The translations under genes were made by a program, and so were the position numbers. The notes under the pieces are model-generated. The model saw only the letters and a list, made by a program, of their open reading frames with translations. It did no database searches and was not told the origin of the DNA. Positions 25,112-39,280 of a DNA stretch of 64,000 nucleotides are shown here, piece after piece (within the stretch, counting starts at the first letter, position 1; every line of letters starts with the position of its first letter). The DNA is from Octopus sinensis (Eukaryota), in the NCBI RefSeq assembly GCF_006345805.1, contig NC_043018.1, positions 9,982,001-10,046,000 of the forward strand. The letters are read 5' to 3'.

Positions 25112-25328
25112 TGAGGGTGTGTGGAAATGTTCCTGGCTTTAAGGGTATTGCGAAAGGCCCAGTTCTAGGCCCAACATTCTGGGTTCTTTGACAGGGCTTA
25201 GAAAAATTGAAGGACCACTGCAATAAGTGTGTGAATCTGAGAGGGGAATGTGTGGAATAAAATCATAATTAACCGATCCTCCTGTATTTTCTTTTACTCA
25301 AAGCCAGGAACTTTTCAGCACCCCCTCG
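25112..25328 (+). mobile_element. Mariner-derived MITE
   Basis: TIR aaagccaggaacttttcagcaccccctcg|TA; retains the transposase C-terminus GLEKLKDHCNKCVNLRGECVE*. Confidence 0.8.
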
Positions 25329-25645
25329 TATATGAACCCTCAGTTGAGAACCACTGCTTCAAACAAAGTATTCGTTTGTCCTCAAAGAAAAACTAGTCTA
25401 CATCATTGTGGTGTAAATGAAGTCACAGGTGTTGCAATGAAATTGAACTTCTGGATGACAGATGTCAAAGCAAACACTCAGACGGGGGTTTCTCACTCCC
25501 AGCTGTTGTGTTTGCTCTTTGACAGGTTTTATTCTCTTTGTCCTGAAGAGTGTCCAAGGCAAAACACTCTCCCTACCAAGTATTCTCAGCAGGGTTACTG
25601 GTCCGGTTGCCATTGGCCTGACCCTGCAACAAGTTGTACTGGGTT

Positions 25646-25822
25646 AGGTGTGGCTGTATGGTAAGAAGCTTGCTTCCCAACCACATGGTTCTGAGTTCAG
25701 TCCCACTGCATGGCACCTTGGGCAAGAAGTGTCTTCTACTATAGCCTCAGGGCAACTAAACACATGTGGGTGGATTTGGTAGATGGAAACTGAAAGAAGC
25801 CTGTCATATGTGTGTGTATATA

Positions 25823-25867
<45 letters not shown>

Positions 25868-26075
25868 GTGTGTTTGTGTGTCTGTGTTTGTCCCCCCCAA
25901 CATCGCTTCACAACTAATGCTGGTGAGTTTACGTCCCAGTAACTTAGCAGTTCGGCAAAATAGATTAATAGAATAAGTACTAGGCTTACAAAGAATAAGT
26001 CCTATGGTTGGTTTGCTCGACAAAAGGCGGTGCTCCAGTATGCCCACAATCAAATTACTGAAACAAATAAAAGAA
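25646..26075 (+). mobile_element. Family A SINE
   Basis: Same head/core/tail layout as 21766. Confidence 0.85.
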
Positions 26076-26080
26076 TATAT

Positions 26081-26111
<31 letters not shown>

Positions 26112-26157
26112 TATAATATACATATATATATATATATACATATATATAATATATACA

Positions 26158-26188
<31 letters not shown>

Positions 26189-26269
26189 CATATATATAAT
26201 ATATATACATACATATATATATATATTATATATATATATATACATATATATATATACATATATATATAT

Positions 26270-26303
<34 letters not shown>

Positions 26304-26494
26304 CATATAATATATACATATATATATTATAATATATATATATATATATTATTAGATATATATACATATATAATATATATATAATATCTATATATCCATA
26401 TATATATATAACATATATATATATATATATAACATATATATATATATCTATATCTCTATATATCTATATATATCATATATATATATATATATCC

Positions 26495-26529
<35 letters not shown>

Positions 26530-26577
26530 CAATATAATATATATATATATAATATATATATATATAATACATACATA

Positions 26578-26675
<98 letters not shown>

Positions 26676-26766
26676 CATACATATATTATATATATATATA
26701 CATATATATATATATTATATATCTATATATATATATATATACTATATATATATATATACATATATA

Positions 26767-26811
<45 letters not shown>

Positions 26812-26828
26812 CATATATATATATATAT

Positions 26829-26878
<50 letters not shown>

Positions 26879-26940
26879 ACATATTATATATATATATATA
26901 TAATATACATATATATATATATACATTATATATATTTACA

Positions 26941-27034
<94 letters not shown>

Positions 27035-27066
27035 CATATATAATATATATATATTATATACATATA

Positions 27067-27097
<31 letters not shown>

Positions 27098-27138
27098 ACA
27101 TATATATATAATATATACATATATATCTATATATATAC

Positions 27139-27169
<31 letters not shown>

Positions 27170-27420
27170 ATATATACATATATATATATATATATACATA
27201 CATATATAATATATATATATAACATATATATATCTATATACATTAATATATATATAATACATATATTATATATATACATATTTATTATATATATACATAC
27301 ATATATATATATATTATCTATATACATAATATATATATATATATAATATATATATATATTATATAATATATATATATATATATACATATATACCTATATA
27401 TATATAATATATACATGCAT
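26076..27420. repeat. ~1.3-kb imperfect (TA)n array
   Basis: Direct reading. Confidence 0.97.
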
Positions 27421-27766
27421 GCACATATATAGACACCACACATATACACATTCACTGAGATATGTGATTTGCTAATGCTTGATTTAGTATTGACTAAGTA
27501 AAAAAGAAAAAAAAAGAATAAGCTAAATAAACACTCCATTAAGTTCTATCAATAATATTGATTTTTAGTTATATTTTATAGTAAATGCTATTTTATATTA
27601 CATACGTTGCCCTCTTCCTACCACTCATGGTGTAACAATTCACTGATGAAGAAAGTGAAAGAAAGAGAGAGAGAGAGAGTGAGAGAGAGAGAGCGAGAGA
27701 GAGATTAAGAGAGAGGGGAAAGAAATAGAAGGAGAGAGGTATGTTTTGTAAGTAGCCACATATATT

Positions 27767-27981
27767 CTTTTCTAGTCTAGGCACAAGGCCCGAAATTTTT
27801 GGTGTGGGAGCCAGTCGATTACATCGACCCCAGTGCATAACTGGTATTTAATTTATCGACACCGAAAGGATGAAAGGCAAAATCGACCTTGGCAGAATTT
27901 GAACTCAGAACGTAATGGCAAATGAAATACCGCTAAGCATTTTGCCCGACGTGCTAACGTCTCTCCCAGCTCCCTGCCTTA
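27767..27981 (-). mobile_element. Family C SINE with 13-bp TSD
   Basis: TSD agccacatatatt at 27754-27766 and 27984-27996. Confidence 0.9.
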
Positions 27982-28399
27982 GAAGCCACATATATTAGCT
28001 GATAACTGATTGCTCACTACATACTACAGAAGACAACTGAAGGTATCTAGATATAGATACCTTCATATATATATGCTATCATCTTATATATATGGCCAGA
28101 ACACATTAAATATTGTAGACCTAGATACTCTTACAAAGTTGAGGTACTGATGCTCAGAATATCTATTTCTTTACTACCCACTCTGCTGAGTGGTTGGTGT
28201 TAGGAAGGGCATCCAGCTGTAAAAATCCTGCCAAGCAGTCACAGAAGTCTGGTGCAGGCTTCTGCCTGACTGGCTCCTGTCAAACCGTTCCACCCATGCC
28301 AGCATGGAAGGTGGATGTTAAACAATGATCATGATCACCAAATAATAAGTAAAAGGTGAATTAGAGAAATGATAAATATAATATTGTGTAATAAGTGTC

Positions 28400-29090
28400 G
28401 TAATATTTAAGACAGAGGAATCATAAATGTAAGAATAAAAGTCATAAACAAGGATACAGTAATATATCATAATATATAAGATAGAGTGATAGGTAAGTCA
28501 TAAATATAGAGAAATAAGAGTCATGTGTATGAGATTGAGATAGGAGGTCATAAATATAAGACTGGGTTAAGAGTCATAAGTGTAAGGTAGAAGAATAAGA
28601 GTTGTAAATTAGAGATAGAGTAATATGGATCACAAATATAAGATAGAGTAAGGATGTTTTAAATTCAAGATAAGAGTCATAATTTTAAAACAGAATAATA
28701 AGAGTCATAAATTTAAGACAGAATAATAAGGGTCATAAATTTAAAACAGAATAATAAGAGTCATAAATTTAAAACAGAATAATAAGAGTCATAAATTAAA
28801 GACAGAATAATAAGAGTCATAAATTAAAGACAGAATAATAAGAGTCATAAATATAAGAAGAATAAAAGACAGATAAAAGACAGTGTAATATGAGTCAAAA
28901 ATATAAGATAGATGAATAGAGGAATGAGTCATAAATGCAAGATAGAGTAATGAGACAGAGTAATAAGCGTCCAGGATATAAGATAAAGGAAGAAAAGTCA
29001 TAAATAAGGATAGCTTTAAAAGGGTCATAAATGGATAGAGGAGTAAGAGTCATAGATATAAGATAGAATGAGAGTCATGAACAATGATAT
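28400..29090 (+). repeat. Degenerate 28-29-bp minisatellite (ataagagtcataaattaaagacagaata)
   Basis: Best-preserved units at 28670-28860. Confidence 0.85.
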
Positions 29091-29874
29091 AAAATAATTG
29101 TATGAATATCATTTATAAGTGCAGTTCAGGCAAATGAACGGTTGATTGCATGAAACCTTTAGTTATGAAAATATAATCTTGTTTCTTTGCAACATAATTG
29201 TGACAGTTTGCATATGCTTTTAATTTTGCTGTGTATTGAACACTTTTCTGTGTATAAATATACTTTTCTGAGTTAAAATACACAGATATACATATGCATG
29301 CACACATACACACATCCTCTCTCTCTGACACACACATGCATACACACACATGCATACATATACACACAACCTCTCTCTTTGACATGCACACACACATGCA
29401 TACACATTCACATGCCACACAGCATATCTCTCGCACTCTCTCTAACACGCATACACACACACAAACATATATAGACATACATGAACATCACAAGGGATAC
29501 TGTATCCATCTAATCAAGATATTTATTCTCCTTTGAGTGCTCAACAAATAATTAGAAATAAGTTGGGGCTATGACCAATGTCTGAATAAAAAATAGATAA
29601 ATGGAATGTGTGAATTCTGGATATTCCCATATAAAAAAAGATGCAAGTGTATATTTAATATGCAGCCTTTTGAGTATAGGAATGATTCAACTTGAAAATG
29701 GTAGGAAAAGTTAACCACATATTTCTCCAACAAGACATGCTTAACTGAAAAGTGTAGAATCTTAATTATACATACATGTGTGCATATTTGTGTGTGTGTG
29801 TGTGTGTGTGGTGTGTGTGTGTGTGTGTGTGTGTGTATGATGGACTCTCCTGTCGGTTTCGACATATGAGGATG

Positions 29875-29916
<42 letters not shown>

Positions 29917-30262
29917 CATTGCTATCTTCATAACAAACATCATTATCATCATCATCAACATCTTCCACCTCCTCCATATCATCATTTTCTATCCATTTCT
30001 CCACCCTTTTATGTGTGTGTGTGTATATATATATATATATACAAATATATATATATATGATAATAAAAAGTAACAACAAAACCTTGATATCAGATAAATA
30101 GCGGGCAAGAATGCATCATAGGTCTTCGCTCCAACATTTGAAACTCTGAGTACTATAATGACAACTTTTTACTGTTTGTTCTAAATTATAACATATATAC
30201 ATATACATATCTATATATACATATATACATACACACACACACATATATATATATATACTTAC

Positions 30263-30508
30263 CTACTAAAATATACAGACACATGTGATGTCTTCATATC
30301 TTTAGTATCATATGTATAGAATTCACAAAAGCGTAGGGAGGCACCATTGTGACTGATGTTTTACTGTCAATGAATTACGGAATAACATTCAGGTTACGAT
30401 ATGACAAATCCATATTATTTGGGAAATTAAGTACTTTGGCCAGCTGGTGGATGAAAATTCCTCAGTAAGTGTCGATGAAGAGGCTTGCAAGGATTCACCA
30501 GTTCCAAT
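30263..30508 (-). other. Candidate exon of a minus-strand spliced transcript
   Basis: ttttgaatattAG acceptor, AG|GTAAGT donor, non-repetitive interior; frame IGTGESLQ...WPKYLISQIIWICHIVT* stops within the exon. Confidence 0.4.
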
Positions 30509-30758
30509 CTAATATTCAAAATGGCAAAATGTTATGATAATGCATTATACTTTCTGCATATTCTGCAGTTCATCATTTTACAATATTTGAAATGTTTACT
30601 TGTAATAATTTACTAATCCTATGAATGCATGCATTAGCTTGTAAATGCATAGTAAAGTGTCAAGATAGATATGTGGATGTTTATCTTATGTAGCTGTAGT
30701 TTTGAAAGGGAACAAACTGGATCAATTTTGGTGTGTTAATCAATGGAAGTTATATATA

Positions 30759-30809
<51 letters not shown>

Positions 30810-30966
30810 TTATACATATATACTATTAATAGTAGTATATATACTCAGTCAATGGCAATTATACATGTGTGAATATATATATGTATACACTCATTGCCAC
30901 ACAAACATACATGTATACATACAAGCTTACAGACTGACATTTATAACACACACACATAAATATAGC

Positions 30967-31000
<34 letters not shown>

Positions 31001-31137
31001 ATATATGTGTATGTGTGTGTATGTATATTTAAGCATATGCATAGAATATGTAAGTGGAACAGTAAAAAAGTCTGCACGAATATTTCATGTTCATACATGT
31101 ATTGATATATATATGTATGTATGTATATGTATATATG

Positions 31138-31198
<61 letters not shown>

Positions 31199-32749
31199 GT
31201 ATGTAAATACATATATTTACATATATATATATATACACATATAAACATATATACATACATACACACACACATATATGTATGTATGTGTATAAATATCATT
31301 TATATAATCGCTTAAATTTAGCAACAGAACAGGTGATTTATGTTACTAGATGGTTTCATGATGTTGAACCTTCCATCTGTTGGGAGATAAATTAACAATC
31401 ATCGGACTTTCCCATTTGGCCATTTCTGATGATCGTAAATTTATTTATCCACAATTGAAGAGACTTTCTGCATGAAACCTTCCAGGAACATAAATTGGCT
31501 GTTATGAGGCTAAATACATATTAAATAAACAATATAATCCTTCTATAACTTAAAATACAAGTGCTTTTTTTTTTCTCAATACTGAAACTTATTGAATAAC
31601 TATAAATGTATAACAATTGCAACAACTATAGCTATAACAAAAATAGCTATTCTTGATGTCAAAGAAATTTTAATGAAATAACAATTTCCTTTTTAAATCC
31701 TTCATTGTCGTGATGTTTTTTAAATTATTTACTTTTATAGAAACAGTTGCAGTCTCGAAGTAAATTGCCTCGGCGGCTAGAAGGTGAGACGGTCACCTCG
31801 CATTCTGCTTCCTTCCTTTCATAGCAACCCAATTTATACTAATTTATTCAAGAACTTTTAAGTAACAGGAATGTTTGTAAACTGAAAAAAAAAATAAATA
31901 CATGAAAAAAATAAAACTAAAAAAATAAAATTAACTAAAATAAAATTTTAAATGAATTTCAATCACCAGAAATCAATGAAATGTTTTTAAAAAATCATGT
32001 GATAACTATTTTAGAAAAGAAAAAAAATTCACAAAATGTTATAAAAAAATCAATATAATTTTGAATATTTTTTAAGGAATTCTAAAGTGGTTTGCCATAT
32101 CTGTAGAACTAAATTCCAAAAGAGACATTTATGGTTTATTTTTAAATAAATTCTTACAGTATATCTCTAAGATATACAACCTGCAAATTTCAAAAGCTAG
32201 AAATAGCAGTCACACCTCACACAAACCATGCCTTGTTGCCTTAAATAGAAAAAAAAAAATCAAGTCATACAGACTCTTAAAGAAATGGAATGGTCCCAGC
32301 TGGAATGCTTTTAATCATAGGTCAATCCACTCAGCCCTCCCCTGAGGCTAAAGAACAACAAAAACATAGTCAATGCTGGAACATCTTTGATCATAGGTCT
32401 ACTCAGCCAGTTCTGTCCTAGGCTTTCTCGTTCCTTTTATTCATGAGGAATCACAAAGATACTGCTGCACAGTGTCGAACTGCCGAAAGGACCCCCTGCA
32501 TGCAAGGTCAAAGTTGAAAACTCCCATTGCACCTTCCCCCTCTCTCCATCTTCTCTTTCCCCATCACAACTGTATTTATGAAGAAAAGTGTGATGACGTT
32601 GGTGTGGTGGTTTCTTGACAATCCTTATGATGGTGGCCATGGTTTGTGCAGTGCCAGTCCCACTCTCTTGGCATTCAGGCTTGTAAAGGTTTGTTGCAAC
32701 AAGTGCCGAAAGCCCAGCAGTTACCAGGAGGCAGGATTTGTACAGAGTT

Positions 32750-33500
32750 ATCTTCTCTTAGATAAGCAACTAAAGAGCTGAGGGGCCTCATCTGCCTTGG
32801 GTCCATTGGTGTGTCAGTGAGTGGCCTTCATCTGGGGGCAATTCCATGACATGCTAATTAACCTACAGCTAGGACTCTGATGGGTGCTGCTATTCCGGGT
32901 CAGAGTAGACTTGGGAACAACAATGGCTAAGAGATGATTCCACATTCCTCAAAACCCTAAGACTTTTGAACCAGTGTCCCATGGCCAGAAACAGTTTAAA
33001 ATCAGACCCAAGATAAGCTGTAATATAAATGAACCTGATTAACTAATTACTGCTCACAATGATGACATAGTTCTAAGATATTCTAGCTTAGCCATGAGTT
33101 GACCCTTATTAAGAAGACTTATGATCAGAGAAGTTCTGGTAATGACCATCCTGTCTTATTAGGGATATCTAGACAACTTTACCTTATATGTCTCCCTTCC
33201 TGCTAATTTCATTCACAAAGCATTGTTCAACCTAAGCCTTTATTAGAAGTCACTTACCCAAGGTTCTCTTAGATGAACTGCTAAAGAGCTGAAGGGGTTC
33301 ATCTGCCTTGGGTCCATTGGGGTGACTATAAGTGGCCTTCATCAGTGGGCAATTCCATGACATGCTAATTAATTTATAGCTAGGACCCTGACAGGTCTAC
33401 CACTCTGGGTCAGGAGAGACTCGGGAGCAATAGTCACTAAGAGGTGGTTCCACCCAATGCCCCACAACCAGATATAGTTTAAAGCCAGACCCTGGATAAT
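32750..33500 (+). repeat. Diverged direct duplication of a ~250-bp dispersed-repeat block
   Basis: ctaaagagctgaggggcctcatctgccttgggtccattgg... at ~32770 and ~33281. Confidence 0.8.
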
Positions 33501-34316
33501 TTTCTACAATAATCCTTTAAAATATCTCTGAGAATTCTTATTTAGACTCTATAATTTCAGTTTTATCTACATTCCTGTTACAAGTTCTAGGAAATTTTTT
33601 CTTACTTCAAGATTTGGCTTGAAAAATAAAAACTACAAAAAAAAAAGAAAAAAAGAAAAAGATAAAACACAAAACAAATCTTTGCTTTTACTCCTTTTTG
33701 AAAAATTTTTCTTCGAAAATTATTGCACCTTGATGATTTTTTTTTCTATTAATCAGTTCTTTCAAAATATTTTTTGTATCCCTCTTTTATATTTTCAATA
33801 ACATTTATTTCTCTTTCTGAGACAATGCAAAGTGGAATTAGTTGCACATTTGAATACTTAGCAAAATAAAATTTTTTTTAAATAATAAAAAGATTTTTTT
33901 GGATGCTTAAAAAAAAAAAAAAATTTTTTTAATATTTTCTGCGCACTGACTAAAATATCGGATGAAGTGGAAATGTCTGGCTGGATCAGTGGGGATGGGT
34001 AGAGGGGATGTTTTCAATCTCTTTCTCTCTTTGATAACTGTTTGCCACCAGCTGCGATTTTTTAATTAAATACCAATGCATGCATTTTTTACTCTGCATA
34101 TGCTAACACTATTGATTATTCATATATAAACACCCAAATATACATATATTATAATATATTCATATATATAGATTCATATGTATTTATATATACATTATAT
34201 ACATACATACATATATATACACATACATAGATACATACATACATATATATATATGCACTGTAAATATATATATTACATATATATATATGTATATATTACA
34301 CATATATATGTATATA

Positions 34317-34353
<37 letters not shown>

Positions 34354-34817
34354 TGTATGTAGAGTATACAATATTTAGCATAATAATCTATTGTTTATAA
34401 ACATTTTCCCACAAATCCATATATATATATATATATATACACACACTCACACAAAGACATACAGATAGATGGACAGACAGACAGACAAGCGTGCAGTTGA
34501 AAACTTAATTCTTAAGATGATGGAACAGTTTGGTTCTATACCCAGATGAGAATCACTGGATGTTTCATATAAGACACAGTTATATGTACTTTTAGTCATA
34601 TCCACTAAACAGTTAAGGTTTATATGTTTCATATGGAAATAAAGAATAAACAATTCAACAACAACTGGACAAGTTTTTATCAAATTGATAGCATAACATG
34701 GAGATGCAAGTTGCCAAAAATTATCAGTGAAAATCTGAAAAAAAACTTTTGACTCAACCTGGTAAAATTTGCTCTGTTTCTAATTATACTATATGTTACA
34801 TATTTATTACATCATAC

Positions 34818-34896
34818 CTTGATACTGTGTGGACTAAGATCCTCGTTGACAGGTCGCTGGTATTTATAGAGTGTTAAACACTTTCGGTATGCAAAT
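34818..34896 (-). promoter_or_regulatory. Candidate Pol II core promoter and short first exon
   Basis: Octamer ATGCAAAT 34889-34896; minus TATAAATA 34868-34861; Inr-like TTAGTC with +1 at 34835 (33 nt from TATA); AAG|GTATGA donor at 34817; 83-nt intron to tttttttcAG at 34735. Confidence 0.5.
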
Positions 34897-35590
34897 TAGG
34901 GACTCCTTCATAGAGTAACTGCTGCATTTGTTGAATATATAAACAGTTTGGCTGCATGTTTCTCTGGAGACTGTCAGAATGATGAAAATGCCTCTGGTGA
35001 GAACCCAATCAGGCTCAATCCCTAACTGTGTTCTTGAGCAAGACACTTTATTCCACTGGTGTCATGCCTTTCTCCTTGGACATGGAGAGGCAACTGCTGG
35101 TCTTCAATAAACAACATTGTCCAGACTTGTGCCCTGGAGGGGAACTTTCTAGGTACAATCCTATGGTCATTCATGATAGAAGGGAGTCTTTACCCCATAT
35201 ATATATATAGTAATATAAATGTATATATATAACTCAAACACTCACATATTAATAAGCATGTATTGGAGGAGTTATATATAATCTTATTATTGCGTTCATA
35301 TGATATAAGATATAAGATGACAATGATGGTCTCTCCTGTTGAAGACAATGAAGGAGTGTCCAGCTTTTGCCGAGAGACTTGTACAAATGATTTGTTTGCA
35401 GCAGTCAAATGTATTAGCTCATCCCTGCCCCATCAAATCGATGTTACCTGAACAGGTGCAAAGTGCACTACATGTCAGGTGTCAAAGATAAGGTGTTTTG
35501 CTCAAGAAGACAATGCACTGCCTGGTCTAGGAATTGAAACCACAATCTCACAATCATGAGTGCAACACACTAACCACTAGGCCACGTGTC

Positions 35591-35632
<42 letters not shown>

Positions 35633-36433
35633 CACATGCTCACATCTATGGCTAAAATTTTAAAAAAAACCTAAATAAAAAAAATTAAGAATACAAAGAA
35701 TTTTTTCCCTATTTCAACTTTGCACTTTTGGCTTCCAACTCTTTTACTCCTTGAATCTTTTAATTCTTGCACTGTTGCACGGTTGACTCGTAGAAAGATT
35801 GCTGATATTCACCATTCTTTTACATTTCTCACCTTTTTCCAATTCTTCTTAATCTTTCACTTTTTCCATATATTTTTTTGATCTTTGTTCTTATTGTTCT
35901 TCTTTGGTCTTCTGTTGTTTTTCCTTCTTTGTTAATTTCTTTTTCCTCCTCCTTTCTTTTATGTCTCCTGTTTTCCTCCCTCCAATGAAAAAGTTATCTC
36001 CCCTATTTCAGCCCTCTTATTACAACTCTCTCTCTTTCTTTCTCCGTCTCTCTCTCCCCCCACCCTCTCTGTTCAACCTATTTCTACCAGATTGGTGTCA
36101 CATCTTACTATTTAATCCTTTCAACTTAAGGTACAAGACCTGAAATTTGTGGGGAGGGGACTAGTCGATTACATCAACCCCAGTGTTTAACTGGTACTTA
36201 ATTTATCAGCCCCGAAAGGATGTAAAGCAAAGTCAACCTTGGCTGATTTGAACTCAGAATGTAAGGACGGACGAAATGCCGCCAAGCATCTTGACTGGCG
36301 CACTAAGGATTTTGCCAGCTCGTCACCTTAACCCTTACTATATAATTGAGCTAACACTATGATACTAAGACACTATAATATTCTTCTCTAGGTACAAGGC
36401 CTGAAATTCTGGGAGAGGGGACTAGTTGATTAC

Positions 36434-36944
36434 ATTCAAGCCTCTTCTCCTTATCTCCTCAAAGACATACAGCATCTCGAAAGAGTCCAGAAGCTGGCTA
36501 CCCGTATGGTTCTTGGTCTCAAGCATTTGTCTTATGAAGAAAGGCTGAAGACGCTCGACCTTTATTCTCTAGAAAAACGACGACGCCGTGGTGATCTCAT
36601 TCTTGCTCACAGCATCATAAGCGGAAAGTGTAACCTCTCGAAAGAGCTGTTCTTCACTCTTGCTCCAGAGCGTCGGCTGCGGGGTCACTCCGAAAAGCTC
36701 TATCTGCGATGATTTCATCTCAATCGAAGGAGAGGGGCTTTCTCCGTCCGGGTTGCGGATCCGTGGAATAAGCTGTTGGACGAGATAGTGAAGATGCCGA
36801 CGACCGCTCGTTCAAAGTCTCTCTTGACCAGAAATGGCCTGAAAATCTTTACATGAACACCACCCTGTACATAACTTCATGTCCCCATACATGGCCTTGC
36901 TTTTTGCTTTTTGAGCCAAAAAAGTAACTAACTAACTAACTAAC
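36434..36944 (+). mobile_element. 5'-truncated CR1-clade LINE inserted in a family C SINE
   Basis: SPYLLKDIQHLERVQKLATRMVLGLKHLSYEERLKTLDLYSLEKRRRRGDLI...RLRGH...FSVRVADPWNKL, (TAAC)n tail; SINE halves on both sides. Confidence 0.93.
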
Positions 36945-37329
36945 ATGAACCCCTTTGCTTGGCTGGTACTTATTTTATTGGCCCTGAAAGGATGAAAAGC
37001 AATGTCTATCTTGTCAGCATTTGAACTGAGAATGTAAAATTGGAAGCAATGCTGCTAAGCACTCAACGAGATATGCTAATGATTTTACCAGGTAAAATTC
37101 CACAAGGTGGCAAACTGGCCGACTTGCAAGCAGGCTGCACAAAGTGCTAAATGGCATTTCATCTGATTTTCTGTTCTCAGTTCAAATACTGCCGAGGTCA
37201 ACTTTGCCTGTCATCCTTTCATGGTTAACGAAATATGTACCAGTTAAGCACTGGGGTTGATGTAATTGACTCTCCACCCCACTCCACCAGAATTTTAGGC
37301 CTTCTGCCTACAACAGAAAGGACATGAAA

Positions 37330-38020
37330 ACACTGTGACACTGTTGTACAGTGTATTTAGATGCTAAGATACTGTTACTAAAACGGCACTCAGATACTAA
37401 ATCACTATGAATCTATGACACTAAGACATTTGTATACTATGACACTGCAATACTCTGAAACTATGATATCATGATATTATGAAACTGTAATATGATACTA
37501 TGAAAGTATGACACTCAGATACTATGACTCTATCATACTATATCACTGAGATATTATAATAATAAGAGTGTATGACACTAAAACACCATGATACTATGTT
37601 GCTTTGATGCTGAGCATGATACTAACACTATAATACTATAATAGTATGATTCTAAGATACTAAGACAATGATACTATGATATTATGGCACCAAGAGTCTA
37701 TGACACTAAGATACTATAACATTATGACACCAAGACAATATAACACTAAGATACTAAGATACTATAGCACTTAAGTACTATCACACTAAAGTACCATGAT
37801 ATTATGATACTAAAACCCTGTGGTACTAAGATAACATACTATGAATCTATGACCCTTAGATACTATTTTACCTCGAGACTATAACACTATGATAAAATGA
37901 CAGTATGGTACTATGACACTATGGTATTATGATACTACGACACTACAATACTACAGTACTATGATACTATGGCACTATGACTCTATGACTCTAAGGTACT
38001 ATTTCTTTGATAGGTGACAC
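37330..38020. repeat. Degenerate short-period satellite (atactatgacact-like)
   Basis: Recurrent tactatgatact/gacactaag motifs. Confidence 0.75.
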
Positions 38021-38229
38021 TATACCCTACCCTCAATCAACTAACATATTGTTCCTTCTTTCAAGTTGGTCAAAAATGATGGAGTGGAGAGAGTATCATC
38101 TCAGCCAGTTCCAAGAAATGGTGGGTGGGTGGGTGGGAACATTATAGTAGTGGTAGAATAGGCACAGAGAGAGGAGACAGTACACCTGGAGACTATAGAG
38201 TGTCTATGACTGGTTTTATGCCAGTCCCT

Positions 38230-39040
38230 TGAGTGGTCCTTTTCTGGAATATGGATTAAGATGTCTGTGTGTGCAACTACAAGACTACAGTCCCAGACTT
38301 GAGAAAAACACATCCGTTGAAGGGAACCACCTGGTCTTTACTGAGTATCAATAATTATTGCGGGAGGGAAGTATTTTGTCCTCAAGTGAAAGGCCAGTTG
38401 TTTTGGATGTGGTCCTATGTTAATATGTGCTTTTGCTAGGAGAGGTTTTCATTAATAGTGAGGTCCAGTATTTATTAAGCAACCATTAAAACTCCAATTG
38501 AGGGCTGCTCATTTATTAATGAGAGGTGTTGTGTGATAATATATTTCTCAATAGGAGTAGCATTTGTGTTTTCTAGCTGTTGAAAGAGATAAGATTGGCA
38601 CCTCTCCATTGGAGGTCTCTATTCATGGAGTCAGTGATGTTTAGTGGTGTGATGTCCAGGTTGGAATGGGGTGATGCATGGTTGGAGAATGTTCTTGAGG
38701 AATGGAGAGTAGGAGTCATTTGTGTAAGTATGGGTGTTGCAGGATGTGGTGGTAAGTAAGTTATGGACGGAAAGAAAGGAATGAGGGACAATGGTGAACC
38801 ATGGGTCTATGTCAGAGTTCACAGAATGAGGAACACAAACAGCTTCATTATCACACATTACTAATAAGAAGTTAGCAATCCAAGAGATGAGAGATGGGTG
38901 GAACCCTTAGGCGTGTGGAAGTTTTGAGAAGAAATTTTCATGCTAAACATGGTTGAAAGTATTGTTTATGTCAAGGACAACTAAGTTGCTTTCATCAAAT
39001 TTCTTCAAGGTGAGAACTCAATTGTAAGTAATGACTGGCG
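38230..39040 (-). pseudogene. Decayed LINE reverse transcriptase (CR1/L2/Crack group)
   Basis: Minus translation with frameshifts: ESNLVVLDINNTFNHV*HENFFSKLP, GFHPSLISWIANFL, NTHTYTNDS (YADD region), SMNRDLQWRGANLISFNS. Confidence 0.75.
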
Positions 39041-39044
39041 ATTG

Positions 39045-39072
<28 letters not shown>

Positions 39073-39075
<3 letters not shown>

Positions 39076-39280
39076 GGTCCCGGGTTGAGTCGGGGTTAAC
39101 CACAGTAAATAAGGTACTCAATACATAGCAGAGTAAATTAATTTATTTTATAGAAGGAGCTTCTACAGGACTAGAACTGTTTCATTCAAATGAAATCATC
39201 AGGAAGCTTGCTGGCAAGCTTCCTGATGATTTCATTTGAATGAAACAGTTCTAGTCCTGTAGAAGCTCCTTCTATAAAAT
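39073..39280. mobile_element. Second fold-back PLE-type mini-element in (TA)n
   Basis: Reverse orientation of the 11365 family; perfect palindrome 39145-39280 with a 2-nt loop (39212-39213). Confidence 0.85.
39217..39267 (+). ncRNA. Type I hammerhead ribozyme (mirror copy on the minus strand at 39158-39208)
   Basis: agcttc-CTGATGA-t-ttc-attt-gaa-t-GAAA-cag-ttctagtc-ctg-TA-gaagct; canonical CUGAUGA core, GUA cleavage after A39261. Confidence 0.82.

Noticed and set aside
30136-30156. GAAACTCTGAGTA half-hammerhead (similar half-motif at ~5425-5442, minus)
   Set aside because: No CUGANGA box or stem I nearby; could be chance or a remnant
31741-31783. Plus-strand 43-nt microexon (ttttatAG...AAG|GTGAGA)
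   Set aside because: No partner exons or homology; it overlaps a minus-strand candidate exon, so the strand cannot be resolved
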